Source of the DNA: Thermoanaerobaculia bacterium | GTDB lineage: Bacteria > Acidobacteriota > Thermoanaerobaculia > Multivoradales > UBA5704 | DNA: 51,813 nucleotides | Reading direction: 5' to 3' | NCBI GenBank assembly: GCA_036497345.1 | Contig: DASXJP010000193.1 | Coordinates: forward strand, 1-51,813 | In this document: positions 1-9,435 of the stretch, in pieces | How positions within the stretch are numbered: position 1 is the stretch's first letter | Layout: every line of letters begins with the position of its first letter | Program-made: the position numbers and the translations under genes | Notes under the pieces: model-generated | Seen by the model: the letters and a program-made list of their open reading frames with translations, nothing else | What the model was told of the DNA's origin: nothing | The model's database searches: none

Positions 1-6
1 CCTTTT

Positions 7-1941
7 ATGCTCAAGGTATTTCGCGACAATCTGAAGAATCTCGCCTGGATCCTCTGGGTGGTCATCGCCATTTTCGTCCTCGCGATCGCCGCCGACTTCG
101 GCGCCAGCGTACGGGGGCGCGGCAACGCGGACACGGTCGCCAAGGTGGGCAGTGAGACGGTGTCGCGGGAGGAGTTCAAGCGCGCCTACCAGAGCCTGAG
201 CGAGATGTACCGCCAGATCTACGGCGGCCAGCTCCCCCCGGGGGCGGAGAAGCAGCTCTACCAGCGGACGCTGAGCCAGACGGTCGTCCAGAAGACGCTG
301 ATCCTGGAGGCCCGGCGGCTCGGCCTCGCGGTGACCGACGCCGAGCTGCGGAACCGCATCCTCTCGATGCCCAACTTCAAGGACGAGCAGGGGAATTTCC
401 TCGGCGAGGAGGCCTACACGCGCCTGCTGCAGGCCAACCACATCACCGTGGCGGACTTCGAGTCTCAGCTGCGCGACGAGCTGCTGTTGAAGAAGCTCAA
501 CGACGCCCTCGCGGCCAACCTCTACGTCAGCGAGGAGGATGTCCAGCGCGCCTACCGCGACCAGGTCGAGCGGGCGAAGATCCGCTACATCCAGGTGCCG
601 CGCGCCCGCTTCACCGCACAGGCGTCGGCGACGCCGGACGAGGTGTCGGCCTACTATCAGATCCACAAGCAGGAATTCAGCCTGCCCGAGCAGCGCGACA
701 TCGCCTACCTCCTGGTGAACGGCTACCAACTCGCCGACCAGGTGAAGGTGAGCGACCAGGACCTCCGGAGCTACTACGACGCCCACAAGGCCGAATTCTC
801 CCAGGAGGAGCAGGTCAAGGCCCGGCACGTCCTGGTGGCGGTCAACGACCAGCGCAACGACGCGCAGGCGCAGGCGCGCATCGCCGAGGTGAAGAAGAAG
901 CTGGAGGGGGGCGCCGACTTCGCCGCGCTGGCCCGCGAGTACTCCGACGATGCCGCCTCGAAGGCCAGCGGCGGCGATCTCGGCTGGTTCGGCCACAACA
1001 AGATGGTCAAGGAGGTCGAGGACGCCGCCTTCAGCGCCCAGCCGGGCAAGCTGACGGGGCCGGTGAGGTCCTCCTTCGGCTACCACCTGATCGAGGTCAC
1101 CGACAAGCGCCCCGGCGGCGAGCAGCCCTTCGACGCGGTCAAGGAGCAGATCCGCGTCCGGCTCAGCGCCGAGCGCGCCCGGGACCTCGCCGAGAGCAAG
1201 GCCAAGGACCTCGCCGCCCGCCTCAACGCGAAGAAGCCCGCGGACGCCAACGCTCTGAAGAGCCTGGCGGCCCAGAGTCCGGGCGTGACCTTCGGCGAGG
1301 CCAAGATCGGCGCCGCCGACCCGGTGCCGGGCGTCGGCATGGGTCTCAGCGCCGCCGCCGTCTCCCTCAAGAAGGGGGAGGTCTCGCAGGAGGTCCAGAT
1401 CCCGCAGGGTTGGGGCATCGTCTACGTCAAGGACGTCATCGCGGCCCACGTGCCCGAGCTGAAGGAGGTCGAGCCGAAGGTGCGGGCGGCGGTGACCAAC
1501 CAGAAGCTCCAGCAGATGACGATGAAGGCGCTGGACGACGCGAAGCGCCAGATCGCCCAGGGCAAGACGCTGGACCAGGTGGCCGCCGAGCTCGGCGCGC
1601 AGATCCGGGAGACCCCCGAATTCGGCGCCCAGGCGGCGGTCCCCGGCATCGGCTACAACCCCGAGCTGACGAAGGCCGTCATGGCCCTCCAGACCGGCCA
1701 GGTGGGCGGCCCGGTGGCGGACGCTCAAGGGGGGCTGCTGTTCCAGGTCACCGATCGCAAGGGGTGGGACCCGAAGCAGTACGCCGCCAACCGCGAGCAG
1801 ACCCGCTCGACCCTCCTGCAGCAGAAAGTGGGGGAGGTCGAGGGCGCGCTGATCCTGCAGCGGCAGCGGGAGCTGAAGGTCTCCTACGACCAGCAGTTCC
1901 TCGAGCAGCTCGGCATCGCGGCCCCCCAGTCGGGCGCCTGA
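7..1941 (+). CDS. Membrane-anchored periplasmic chaperone / parvulin-type peptidyl-prolyl isomerase (PpiD/SurA-like)
   Basis: 644-aa ORF. N-terminal TM anchor LAWILWVVIAIFVLAIA, a long SurA-N-like region, and the parvulin rotamase signature GGDLGWF...SSFGYHLIEV. Confidence 0.85.
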   Translation: MLKVFRDNLKNLAWILWVVIAIFVLAIAADFGASVRGRGNADTVAKVGSETVSREEFKRAYQSLSEMYRQIYGGQLPPGAEKQLYQRTLSQTVVQKTLILEARRLGLAVTDAELRNRILSMPNFKDEQGNFLGEEAYTRLLQANHITVADFESQLRDELLLKKLNDALAANLYVSEEDVQRAYRDQVERAKIRYIQVPRARFTAQASATPDEVSAYYQIHKQEFSLPEQRDIAYLLVNGYQLADQVKVSDQDLRSYYDAHKAEFSQEEQVKARHVLVAVNDQRNDAQAQARIAEVKKKLEGGADFAALAREYSDDAASKASGGDLGWFGHNKMVKEVEDAAFSAQPGKLTGPVRSSFGYHLIEVTDKRPGGEQPFDAVKEQIRVRLSAERARDLAESKAKDLAARLNAKKPADANALKSLAAQSPGVTFGEAKIGAADPVPGVGMGLSAAAVSLKKGEVSQEVQIPQGWGIVYVKDVIAAHVPELKEVEPKVRAAVTNQKLQQMTMKALDDAKRQIAQGKTLDQVAAELGAQIRETPEFGAQAAVPGIGYNPELTKAVMALQTGQVGGPVADAQGGLLFQVTDRKGWDPKQYAANREQTRSTLLQQKVGEVEGALILQRQRELKVSYDQQFLEQLGIAAPQSGA

Positions 1942-1965
1942 TCCCGATCTGATCCATCCCCGGTT

Positions 1966-1994
1966 GCGGGGCGGCCGCCGCCGGGCCGCCCCGC
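1966..1994 (+). terminator. GC-rich hairpin after the ppiD-like gene (possible U-tract-less terminator)
   Basis: Perfect 11-bp stem gcggggcggcc / ggccgccccgc with a 7-nt loop, 25 nt after the stop codon. No T-run follows. A TACAAT hexamer at 2000-2005 lies 7 nt before the ruvA ATG. Confidence 0.4.
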
Positions 1995-2012
1995 CGTTCT
2001 ACAATCCCTCCC

Positions 2013-2609
2013 ATGATCGGCTATCTCCAGGGCACCCTCCTCCGGGCCGATCCGGAGCGCCTGCTGCTCGACGTGCACGGGGTGGGCTACGAGGTCAACG
2101 TCCCCCTCTCCACCTGGTACGAGATCGAGAAGCGGCGCGACGAGCCCGTTCGCCTCTTCATCCATACCCACCTGCGGGAGGACGGCATCGCCCTCTTCGG
2201 CTTCTGGACCGAGCGCGAGAAGGCGCTGTTCGAGAAGCTGATCGGGGTCAACGGCATCGGCCCCCGGCTGGCGCGGGTGATCCTCTCCGGGATGGCGCCG
2301 GACGACCTGCTGGGAGCCATCGCCCGCGGCGACCTCGGGCGCCTGGCGACCATCCCCGGCGTGGGCAAGAAGACCGCCGAGCGGATGGTCCTGGAGCTGC
2401 GGGAGAAGATGCGGGAGCTGGCCGCCGGCCTCCCCGAGGAGACCGCCGCCGCGGCGCCCGCCGATCAGGACGTGGTCTCCGCCCTGGTCAACCTCGGCTA
2501 CAAGGCCGGCCTCGCCGAGCGGGCGGTCGCCGAGGTGCGCCGGGAGAAGCCCGACGCCGCTTTCAACGATCTGCTGCGGGCCAGCCTCAACCGTCTCTCC
2601 AGGGCGTAA
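2013..2609 (+). CDS. ruvA: Holliday junction branch migration complex subunit RuvA
   Basis: 198 aa. Starts MIGYLQGTL, has the HhH segment IPGVGKKTAERMVLEL, and sits immediately upstream of ruvB. Confidence 0.95.
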   Translation: MIGYLQGTLLRADPERLLLDVHGVGYEVNVPLSTWYEIEKRRDEPVRLFIHTHLREDGIALFGFWTEREKALFEKLIGVNGIGPRLARVILSGMAPDDLLGAIARGDLGRLATIPGVGKKTAERMVLELREKMRELAAGLPEETAAAAPADQDVVSALVNLGYKAGLAERAVAEVRREKPDAAFNDLLRASLNRLSRA

Positions 2610-2682
2610 CCCTCACCCTACCCTCTCCCGTCCCCTCCCACCTCCTCACCGGGAGAGGGGAAGAAACGGCTAGAATGGCGCC

Positions 2683-3711
2683 ATGTCCGCCGTCGACGAC
2701 CGCATCCTTTCCGGGGTCCCCGATCCGGAGGACCTCGGGGTCGAGCTGTCGCTGCGCCCGCAGCGGCTCGACGAGTACATCGGCCAGAAGAAGGTCATCG
2801 ACAACCTGCGGGTGTTCATCCGCGCCGCCCGCGAGCGCCGCGAGCCGCTCGACCACGCCCTCCTCTTCGGCCCGCCCGGCCTCGGCAAGACGACGCTGGC
2901 CAACATCATCGCCGCCGAGATGGGGGCCCCCCTGCGTACCACCGCCGGGCCGGTGCTCGAACGGGCCGGGGACCTCGCCGCCATCCTCACCAACCTCGAG
3001 CCCGGGGAGGTGCTGTTCATCGACGAGATCCACCGCCTGGGCCCCACGGTCGAGGAGATCCTCTATCCGGCCCTGGAGGACTTCCGGCTCGACCTCGTGA
3101 TCGGCCAGGGGCCGGCGGCGCGCACGGTGAAGATCGAGCTGCCGAGGTTCACCCTGGTGGGAGCGACCACCCGGGCGGGGCTGATCAGCGCGCCGTTGCG
3201 GGCCCGCTTCGGCATCGTCCACCGGCTCGACTTCTACCGCCCGGAGGAGCTGACGGAGATCGTGCTGCGCTCGGCCAGGCTGCTCGGCGTCCCCGTCGAC
3301 CGGGAAGGGGGGACCGAGATCGCCCGCCGCAGCCGGGGGACCCCGCGCGTCGCCAACCGCCTGCTCCGCCGGGTGCGCGACTTCGCCCAGGTGGAGCGCG
3401 CGAAGATCATCGACCTCGCAATCGCCCGCCGCGCCCTGAGCCTCCTGGAGGTGGATGAGCTCGGCTTCGACGACGTCGACCGCAAGATCCTCACCACGCT
3501 CATCGAGCACTACGACGGGGGCCCCGCCGGCCTCAAGGCGCTGGCCGTCTCGGTGGGCGAGGACACGGGGACCCTGGAGGACCTCTACGAGCCCTACCTG
3601 ATCCAGGAGGGTTTCCTCCAGCGCACCCCCCGCGGCCGGGTCGCCACCCGGCGGGCCTACCAGCACCTCGGCTATCCGCAGCGCCCCGGCACCGCGGGGA
3701 CGCTCTTCTGA
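2683..3711 (+). CDS. ruvB: Holliday junction branch migration DNA helicase RuvB
   Basis: 342 aa. Walker [10 protein letters not shown], Walker [17 protein letters not shown] sensor region, and conserved C-terminal [17 protein letters not shown]. Confidence 0.97.
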   Translation: MSAVDDRILSGVPDPEDLGVELSLRPQRLDEYIGQKKVIDNLRVFIRAARERREPLDHALLFGPPGLGKTTLANIIAAEMGAPLRTTAGPVLERAGDLAAILTNLEPGEVLFIDEIHRLGPTVEEILYPALEDFRLDLVIGQGPAARTVKIELPRFTLVGATTRAGLISAPLRARFGIVHRLDFYRPEELTEIVLRSARLLGVPVDREGGTEIARRSRGTPRVANRLLRRVRDFAQVERAKIIDLAIARRALSLLEVDELGFDDVDRKILTTLIEHYDGGPAGLKALAVSVGEDTGTLEDLYEPYLIQEGFLQRTPRGRVATRRAYQHLGYPQRPGTAGTLF

Positions 3712-3719
3712 TCCCCCGC

Positions 3720-4613
3720 ATGCGCTCCGCGTCCCTGATCTACAACCCCCGCTCGGGGCGCCAGCGGCACGCCCAGGTGCTCGACGCCCTGCTCGCCACC
3801 CTGCGCGGCGGCGGTCTCGACGTCGAGCCGGTGCCCACCGCCTTCCCGGGGCAGGCGACCGCGCTCGCCCGCGAGCGCCGCCAGAGCGCCGAGGTGGTCT
3901 TCGCCTTCGGCGGCGACGGCACGGCGCGGGAGGTGGCGAGCGGCCTGATGGGTGGGCCGGCCGCGCTCGGCGTGCTCCCCGGGGGGACCGCCAACCTGCT
4001 GGCCCTCGCCCTCGGCCTGCCGCGCGACCCGGTCGCCGCCGCCGCGGCCCTGCTGCAGCTCCCCGCCCGGCCCTTCGACGTGGGGCTCGCGGGCGGCGTC
4101 CCCTTCCTGATGATGGTCTCGGCCGGCCTCGACGCCGTGCTGCTCGCCGCCCTCAACACCCGGCTCAAGTGGCTCTTCGGCAAGCCGGCCATCGCCGGCC
4201 AGGGGCTCCGCGAGTGGTGGCGCTACCCCTACCCGGCGCTGGAGGTGACGGCCGACGGCGAGCGCCTGGAGGCGTCGTTCGTCTCGGTGTCGAACATCCC
4301 CTACTACGCGGGGGCGTACCGGCTGGCGCCGGCGGCGCGCACGGACGACGGCCGCTTCGAGCTGGTGCTCTTCCGGGGGACCGGCCGCGCCGCCACCGCC
4401 GCCTTCGCCCTCGACGTGTTCCGCTCCCGCCACGTGCTGCGGCATGACGTCGAGATCCGCCAGGTGCGCGAGGTCTCCCTCGCCGGTCCGGCCGGCACGC
4501 CCGCCCAGGTGGACGGCGACGTCTGCCAGGAGCGGCTCCCCCTGAGTGTCCGCTTCGCGCCCGAGCGGCTCCTCGTGCTGGCGCCGGACCCCGCGCCGGG
4601 GGAGGCTCGATGA
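3720..4613 (+). CDS. Diacylglycerol kinase-family lipid kinase (YegS/BmrU-like)
   Basis: 297 aa. Catalytic-domain motif FGGDGTAREV and LPGGTANL. Stop overlaps the next start by 4 nt. Confidence 0.8.
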   Translation: MRSASLIYNPRSGRQRHAQVLDALLATLRGGGLDVEPVPTAFPGQATALARERRQSAEVVFAFGGDGTAREVASGLMGGPAALGVLPGGTANLLALALGLPRDPVAAAAALLQLPARPFDVGLAGGVPFLMMVSAGLDAVLLAALNTRLKWLFGKPAIAGQGLREWWRYPYPALEVTADGERLEASFVSVSNIPYYAGAYRLAPAARTDDGRFELVLFRGTGRAATAAFALDVFRSRHVLRHDVEIRQVREVSLAGPAGTPAQVDGDVCQERLPLSVRFAPERLLVLAPDPAPGEAR

Positions 4614-6733
4614 CCGCCCGCGCCCTCGACCCGATCTTCTCCCCCCGCTCGATCGCCGTGGTCGGCGCCTCGCGCCGGCGCGACTCGATCGGCTTCGCCC
4701 TCCTCCACAACCTGCTGGTGAACGAATTCAACGGCGCCATCTACCCGGTCAACCCCCACGCCGAGTCGGTCCATTCGTTGAAGTGCTACCCCTCGCTGGC
4801 CGCCATCCCCGACCCGGTCGACCTCGCCATGATCCTGGTCCCCAAGCGTCTCGTGCAGGGGGCGGTCGAGGAGTGCGTGGCCAAGGGGGTGAAGGGGCTG
4901 GTGGTGATCACCGCCGGCTTCTCCGAGACCGGCGAGGAGGGGGCGGCGCGGGAGCGGAAGCTGCGCGAGACCGTGCGCGCCGCCGGGGTGCGGATGATCG
5001 GCCCCAATTGCATGGGGGTGATCAACACTTCCTCCGACATCAGCCTCAACGCCACTTTCGCGCCGACCCCGGCCCGCCCCGGCGCCATCGGCTTCGTCAG
5101 CCAGTCGGGCGCGCTGGGGGTGGCGATCCTCAACGTCGCCCAGGACCTCGGGATCGGCCTCACCCAGTTCGCCTCCATGGGCAACAAGGCGGACGTCTCC
5201 GGCAACGATCTCGTCGAATACTGGGAGGACGACCCCGCCACGCGGGTGATCGCCATGTACCTCGAATCGTTCGGCAACCCGCGCCGTTTCACCGAGATCG
5301 CCAAGCGGGTGACGCGCAAGAAGCCGATCCTGATCGTCAAGTCCGGCCGCACCGCCGAGGGGGCGCGGGCCGCCAGCAGCCACACCGGCGCCATCGCCGG
5401 CACCGACGTCACCGTCTCGGCCTTCCTCGACCAGTGCGGAGTGCTGCGCGCCAACACCATCGAGGAGCTGTTCGACGTGGCCCGCGCCCTGGTCCGCTGC
5501 CCGCTGCCGGCGGGGGACCGGGTGGCGATCGTCACCAACGCCGGCGGCCCCGCGATCATGGCGACCGACGCCTGCGTCAACCTCGGGCTGCGCATGGCCG
5601 AGCTCTCCGAGGGGACCCGCGCCGGCCTGCGCGCCGCCCTGCCGCCCGAGGCGAGCGTCGCCAATCCGGTGGACATGATCGCCTCCGCCACCGCCGAGAG
5701 CTACTCCCGCACCCTCGCCGCCGTGCTGGACGATCCGGGGGTGGACCTCACTATGGTGATCAACGTCACCCCCCTCCTCTCGAACCCGATCGACATCATC
5801 GCGGCGGTGGGGGAGGTCGCCCGCGATCGGGCCAAGCCGGTGCTGGCCGTGGTGATGGCGACCGACGAGTTCTACGAGGCGGTGAAGACGGCGCGCGACC
5901 TGCCGCCGGTCTACCGTTTCCCCGAGTCGGCCGCCCGGGCCGTATTCCTGCTCTCCCGCTACGCCGCCTGGCGGCGAAGGCCCGCCGACGCGCCCATCCC
6001 CCGCTTCGAGACCGACGACGCCCAGGTGGCCGCCATCCTCGACGCCGCGCCGGACGGCTATCTCGATCCCGGAGCGGTCTTCCGCGTCCTCGAGCTCTAC
6101 GGCATCCCGGTCATCCAGCAGCGGCGCGCCGCCGGCCGCGCGGAAGCCCTGGCGGCGGCGCGCGAGATCGGCTACCCCGTGGTGCTCAAGGCGGTGGCGC
6201 CCGGCCTGGTCCACAAGAGCGACGTGGGGGCGGTGCGGATCGACCTCCGCAACGAATCGGAGCTGGCGCGGGCGCTCGCCGAGATGGAGGACGCCCTGGC
6301 CCGGGCCGGATTCGCGGCCGAGGGGTTCCTGGTCCAGGAGATGGCGCGGGGCGGCCACGAGGTGATCTTCGGCATCACCACCGATCCACGCTTCGGGCCG
6401 CTGCTGATGTTCGGGCTGGGCGGCAAGTACGTCGAGGTCTTCCAGGACGTCCGCTTCGCCGTGCCGCCGCTCGACGCCCTGGAGGCGCGGGAGGTGGTGC
6501 GGGGCATCCGCGGCTTCAAGCTGCTGGAAGGGGTGCGCGGCGAGCCCGGTGCCGATCTGGATCTTCTCGCCGAGATCCTCCTGCGCCTCTCACAGCTCGT
6601 GCAGCGCCATCCGGGCATCCGCGAGCTGGACGTCAATCCCTTCCTCGCCGGGCCGGACCGGGAGAGCGCCCGGGCCCTCGACGCCCGGCTCCTGCATGAG
6701 AAGATCGTGAGGACCGATTCGAAAGGGGGCTAG
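4610..6733 (+). CDS. ADP-forming acetate/acyl-CoA ligase family protein (CoA-binding + ATP-grasp)
   Basis: 707 aa. N-terminal CoA-binding fold (SIAVVGASRR, YPVNP), succinyl-CoA-ligase-like middle (GPNCMG, SQSGALG, SSHTGA) and a C-terminal ATP-grasp domain. Confidence 0.85.
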   Translation: MTARALDPIFSPRSIAVVGASRRRDSIGFALLHNLLVNEFNGAIYPVNPHAESVHSLKCYPSLAAIPDPVDLAMILVPKRLVQGAVEECVAKGVKGLVVITAGFSETGEEGAARERKLRETVRAAGVRMIGPNCMGVINTSSDISLNATFAPTPARPGAIGFVSQSGALGVAILNVAQDLGIGLTQFASMGNKADVSGNDLVEYWEDDPATRVIAMYLESFGNPRRFTEIAKRVTRKKPILIVKSGRTAEGARAASSHTGAIAGTDVTVSAFLDQCGVLRANTIEELFDVARALVRCPLPAGDRVAIVTNAGGPAIMATDACVNLGLRMAELSEGTRAGLRAALPPEASVANPVDMIASATAESYSRTLAAVLDDPGVDLTMVINVTPLLSNPIDIIAAVGEVARDRAKPVLAVVMATDEFYEAVKTARDLPPVYRFPESAARAVFLLSRYAAWRRRPADAPIPRFETDDAQVAAILDAAPDGYLDPGAVFRVLELYGIPVIQQRRAAGRAEALAAAREIGYPVVLKAVAPGLVHKSDVGAVRIDLRNESELARALAEMEDALARAGFAAEGFLVQEMARGGHEVIFGITTDPRFGPLLMFGLGGKYVEVFQDVRFAVPPLDALEAREVVRGIRGFKLLEGVRGEPGADLDLLAEILLRLSQLVQRHPGIRELDVNPFLAGPDRESARALDARLLHEKIVRTDSKGG

Positions 6734-6735
6734 CG

Positions 6736-7191
6736 ATGCTGCGGAAGCTGATGCGGACGGACGACGACATCGGGATGCTGATCGTGCGGGTCTTCCTGGG
6801 GCTGGTCATGTTCCCCCACGGCGCCCAGAAGCTGCTCGGCTGGTTCGGGGGCGGCGGGTTCTCGGCGACCCTGCAGGGGATGACCTCGATGGGGCTGCCG
6901 GCGGTGATCGTCCTGCTGGTGATGATCGCCGAGTTCTTCGGCGCGATCGGCCTGGTCACCGGCTTCCTGGGCCGGGTGGCCGCCTTCGGCATCTTCTGCG
7001 TGATGGTGGGGGCCATCCTCACCGTCCACCTCCACAACGGCTTCTTCATGAACTGGATGGGGAACCAGAAGGGGGAGGGGTTCGAGTACCACCTCCTGGC
7101 CATCGGCATGGCCGTCGCCGTCATGGTGAAGGGGAGCGGGCGGCTCTCGGTCGACCGCTCGATGACGCCGGACCGGCGGATCTACCGGTGA
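6736..7191 (+). CDS. DoxX family membrane protein
   Basis: 151 aa with four hydrophobic helices and a DoxX-like FPHGAQKLLGWFGGGG motif. Confidence 0.8.
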   Translation: MLRKLMRTDDDIGMLIVRVFLGLVMFPHGAQKLLGWFGGGGFSATLQGMTSMGLPAVIVLLVMIAEFFGAIGLVTGFLGRVAAFGIFCVMVGAILTVHLHNGFFMNWMGNQKGEGFEYHLLAIGMAVAVMVKGSGRLSVDRSMTPDRRIYR

Positions 7192-8757
7192 TCAACCCTG
7201 GCGCATGAAGTGCCACCGGAGGTCGCCGTCGAGGCGGCGGTAGACCTCCGGGTGGATCTTCGGGGCGAGGCGGTGGAGGAGGGCGTTGATCGGCTCCCCC
7301 TGGGCCGCGGCCTCCAGCGCCTCGGCCGCGTCGCTCCCCGCCTTGCTGATGTAGGTCTGCCAGATCCCCTGGCGCACCGAGACCGAGCCCATCGAGACGT
7401 TCGGCATCCGCGCCACGCCCTTGCGGAGCGTCGCGATCTTCTCCTTCAGGCTCTTCTCGTCGTCCATCGGCTCGCGCTGCCACGGGGTGAACGGCTTCGG
7501 CACCAGGACGTTGACCCCCAGATGGATGTTGCCGATCAGCCCCTGCTTCGGCAGCTCCTCCAGCATGATCGCCCGCGCCTGGGCCACCAGGTCCAGGATG
7601 CCCTGGACGTCCGCGTCCGTCTCATCGGGCAGCCCGACGATGAAGTAGAGCTTGAGCGACGTGAAGCCGTGACGGAAGATCAGCCGCACCTTCTCCAGCA
7701 GGACGGAGTTGGGAATCGGCTTGCCCATCTTCACCCGCAGCTCGTCCGTGCCGGTCTCGGGGGCGAGGGTGATCGAGCGGTCCCCCGAGTCGTGGAGGGC
7801 CTCGAGCACCCCCTCGGTCACCGCCGGGATGCGGATCGACGACACCGAGGTCCGGAACCCGAGCCCGTTGGCCTCGCGCAGGATCTTCTCGATGTCCGGA
7901 TGGTCCCCCACGGCGGTGGCCACGAAGCCGAGCTGGTTGGTCACCGGCCGCGCCCGCTCCAGCGAGGCCAGGATGTACTCCGTGGGATGCCAGCGGAAGC
8001 GCCCCATGCCGAAGCTGGCCCAACAGTAGCGGCACTTCTCGGGGCAGCCGCGCGACATCTCGATCAGGAACTTCTCGGAGAATTCGGTGTGCGGGGTGAC
8101 GATCGCCGTGGTGGGCAGGTGCCCCGGCTGCTTCATCTGCTCCTCGGTCAGCTCCCGCTTGTTGAGCTTGGGGAGGGCGTCCCCCTCTTCCTCATAATGA
8201 TGGAAGGCAGGGACGTAGAAGCCGTCGCGGGCGGCCAGCCGCTCGATCACCGCCTCGCGCTCCTCCTCGTCCTGCAAGGCCGCGAGCAGGTCGGGCAGCA
8301 CGTTCTCGGCGGCGCCGATGGCGAAGACGTCGACGAATTCCGATATCGGCAGCGGATTGATCGAGGCGCAGGAGCCGCCCATCACGATCACCGGGTCCCA
8401 GGGGCCGCGGTCCTTCCGGCGCAGGGGGATGCGCGCCCGGCCGAGCATCTGGAGAAGGTTGACGTAGTCCTCCTCGAAGGAGACCGAGAAGGCCACGCAG
8501 CCGAAGTCGTTCAGCGGCCGGCCGCTCTCGACCGAGATCGGCATGCCCACCCCGTCCGTGAAGAAGCGCTCGACCGTCCACTCCGGGGTCCGGTGGACCA
8601 GCTCGTAGACCCGCTGGAACCCCAGGCTGGACATCGCCACGTGGTAGGTGTTGGCGTACGCCAGCGCCAGCCGGTAGCGGCCGTGGGGAGAGAATCTCTC
8701 CACGGGACGCTCGGCGGCGAGGATGGGGGACCAGTCGTGGGCGGCGGATCTCTTCAT
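7192..8757 (-). CDS. B12-binding-domain radical SAM protein (TIGR03960-like, function unknown)
   Basis: 521 aa. CxxxCxxC cluster motif CPEKCRYC preceded by an N-terminal Rossmann-like region. Same strand as, and 40 nt downstream of, the YceI gene. Confidence 0.85.
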   Translation of the reverse strand: MKRSAAHDWSPILAAERPVERFSPHGRYRLALAYANTYHVAMSSLGFQRVYELVHRTPEWTVERFFTDGVGMPISVESGRPLNDFGCVAFSVSFEEDYVNLLQMLGRARIPLRRKDRGPWDPVIVMGGSCASINPLPISEFVDVFAIGAAENVLPDLLAALQDEEEREAVIERLAARDGFYVPAFHHYEEEGDALPKLNKRELTEEQMKQPGHLPTTAIVTPHTEFSEKFLIEMSRGCPEKCRYCWASFGMGRFRWHPTEYILASLERARPVTNQLGFVATAVGDHPDIEKILREANGLGFRTSVSSIRIPAVTEGVLEALHDSGDRSITLAPETGTDELRVKMGKPIPNSVLLEKVRLIFRHGFTSLKLYFIVGLPDETDADVQGILDLVAQARAIMLEELPKQGLIGNIHLGVNVLVPKPFTPWQREPMDDEKSLKEKIATLRKGVARMPNVSMGSVSVRQGIWQTYISKAGSDAAEALEAAAQGEPINALLHRLAPKIHPEVYRRLDGDLRWHFMRQG

Positions 8758-8797
8758 GACGCTCTTTCCAGAACCACTTACGGGAGGGCGGCATTCC

Positions 8798-9391
8798 TTA
8801 GTGAGATTGAGCCGCTTGCGCCCCGCCGCTCAGGCGTCCCACGGCGTGGATCGTCACCCGCACCTCCTTCTCCACCCGCAGGAGGAAGAAGCTGGGGTCC
8901 TTGAGCCCCCAGTCGAGGTAGCGGACGATCATCGTGCCGGTCCCCTTGACCTGGGTGCCGTCGCTGGTGGCGACGACCGTCAGGTCCATCGGGCGCTTCG
9001 TCCCGTGCAGCTCCAGCATACCGTGCAGCTCGAGCTGGCTCCGCCCGACCGGGTTGAGCTCGCCGCTGAAGCGCTGCGGCTCGAAGATTATCTCGGTGTA
9101 GCTCGGGCTCTCCAGGATCTTCTCATGCATCTTGTGGTCGCGCCGGGAGACGCCGGTCTCGGCGCTGGTGGCGTCGAGCACGAACCGGCCGCTGGCCTCG
9201 TGGGTGTCCGGGTCGATGCGGACCGACCCCTCCTTGGCCCGCAGGAAGCCGTCGACCGTATGGAGGGTGGCGCCGAAGGTGAAATCGACCTTCGTGGCGG
9301 CGGGATCGATCTCGAAGGTGTAGGTGGCGGCGGACAGGGGGAGGGCGAGCAGCAGGGCCAGTGGGAACCAGACGACCTCCTTGCGAAGCAT
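8798..9391 (-). CDS. YceI family lipid/polyisoprenoid-binding periplasmic protein
   Basis: Internal ATG at 9391 of ORF 8798..10012 gives 197 aa with a signal peptide (MLRKEVVWFPLALLLALPLSAA). YceI-like IDPAATKVDFTFGATLHTVDGF...DATSAETG...RDHKMHE. The upstream 207 codons are Arg/Gly/Pro junk. Confidence 0.85.
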   Translation of the reverse strand: MLRKEVVWFPLALLLALPLSAATYTFEIDPAATKVDFTFGATLHTVDGFLRAKEGSVRIDPDTHEASGRFVLDATSAETGVSRRDHKMHEKILESPSYTEIIFEPQRFSGELNPVGRSQLELHGMLELHGTKRPMDLTVVATSDGTQVKGTGTMIVRYLDWGLKDPSFFLLRVEKEVRVTIHAVGRLSGGAQAAQSH

Positions 9392-9435
9392 CGGGTCTTC
9401 CTCCTCGTCGGTTCGGTCGGTTCGGAGATCAGAGA

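Noticed and set aside
4304-6699. Very long alternative ORFs over the acyl-CoA synthetase gene (4304..6358 minus, 684 aa; 4546..6699 plus, 717 aa).
   Set aside because: They are antisense or out of frame with a protein carrying clear conserved motifs. Their translations are Arg/Gly/Pro/Ala-rich low-complexity strings, typical of stop-poor off-frames in high-GC DNA. The same reasoning rejects 2587..3666, 7210..8904, 10659..12653, 16715..17809, 18696..19757, 19540..21120, 21256..22602, 23128..24222, 26225..27856, 28424..29011, 29158..30141, 30757..32130, 32042..33898, 39425..40621, 40636..41571, 42021..43343, 43716..45290, 45332..46480, 48196..49284 and 49257..50467.
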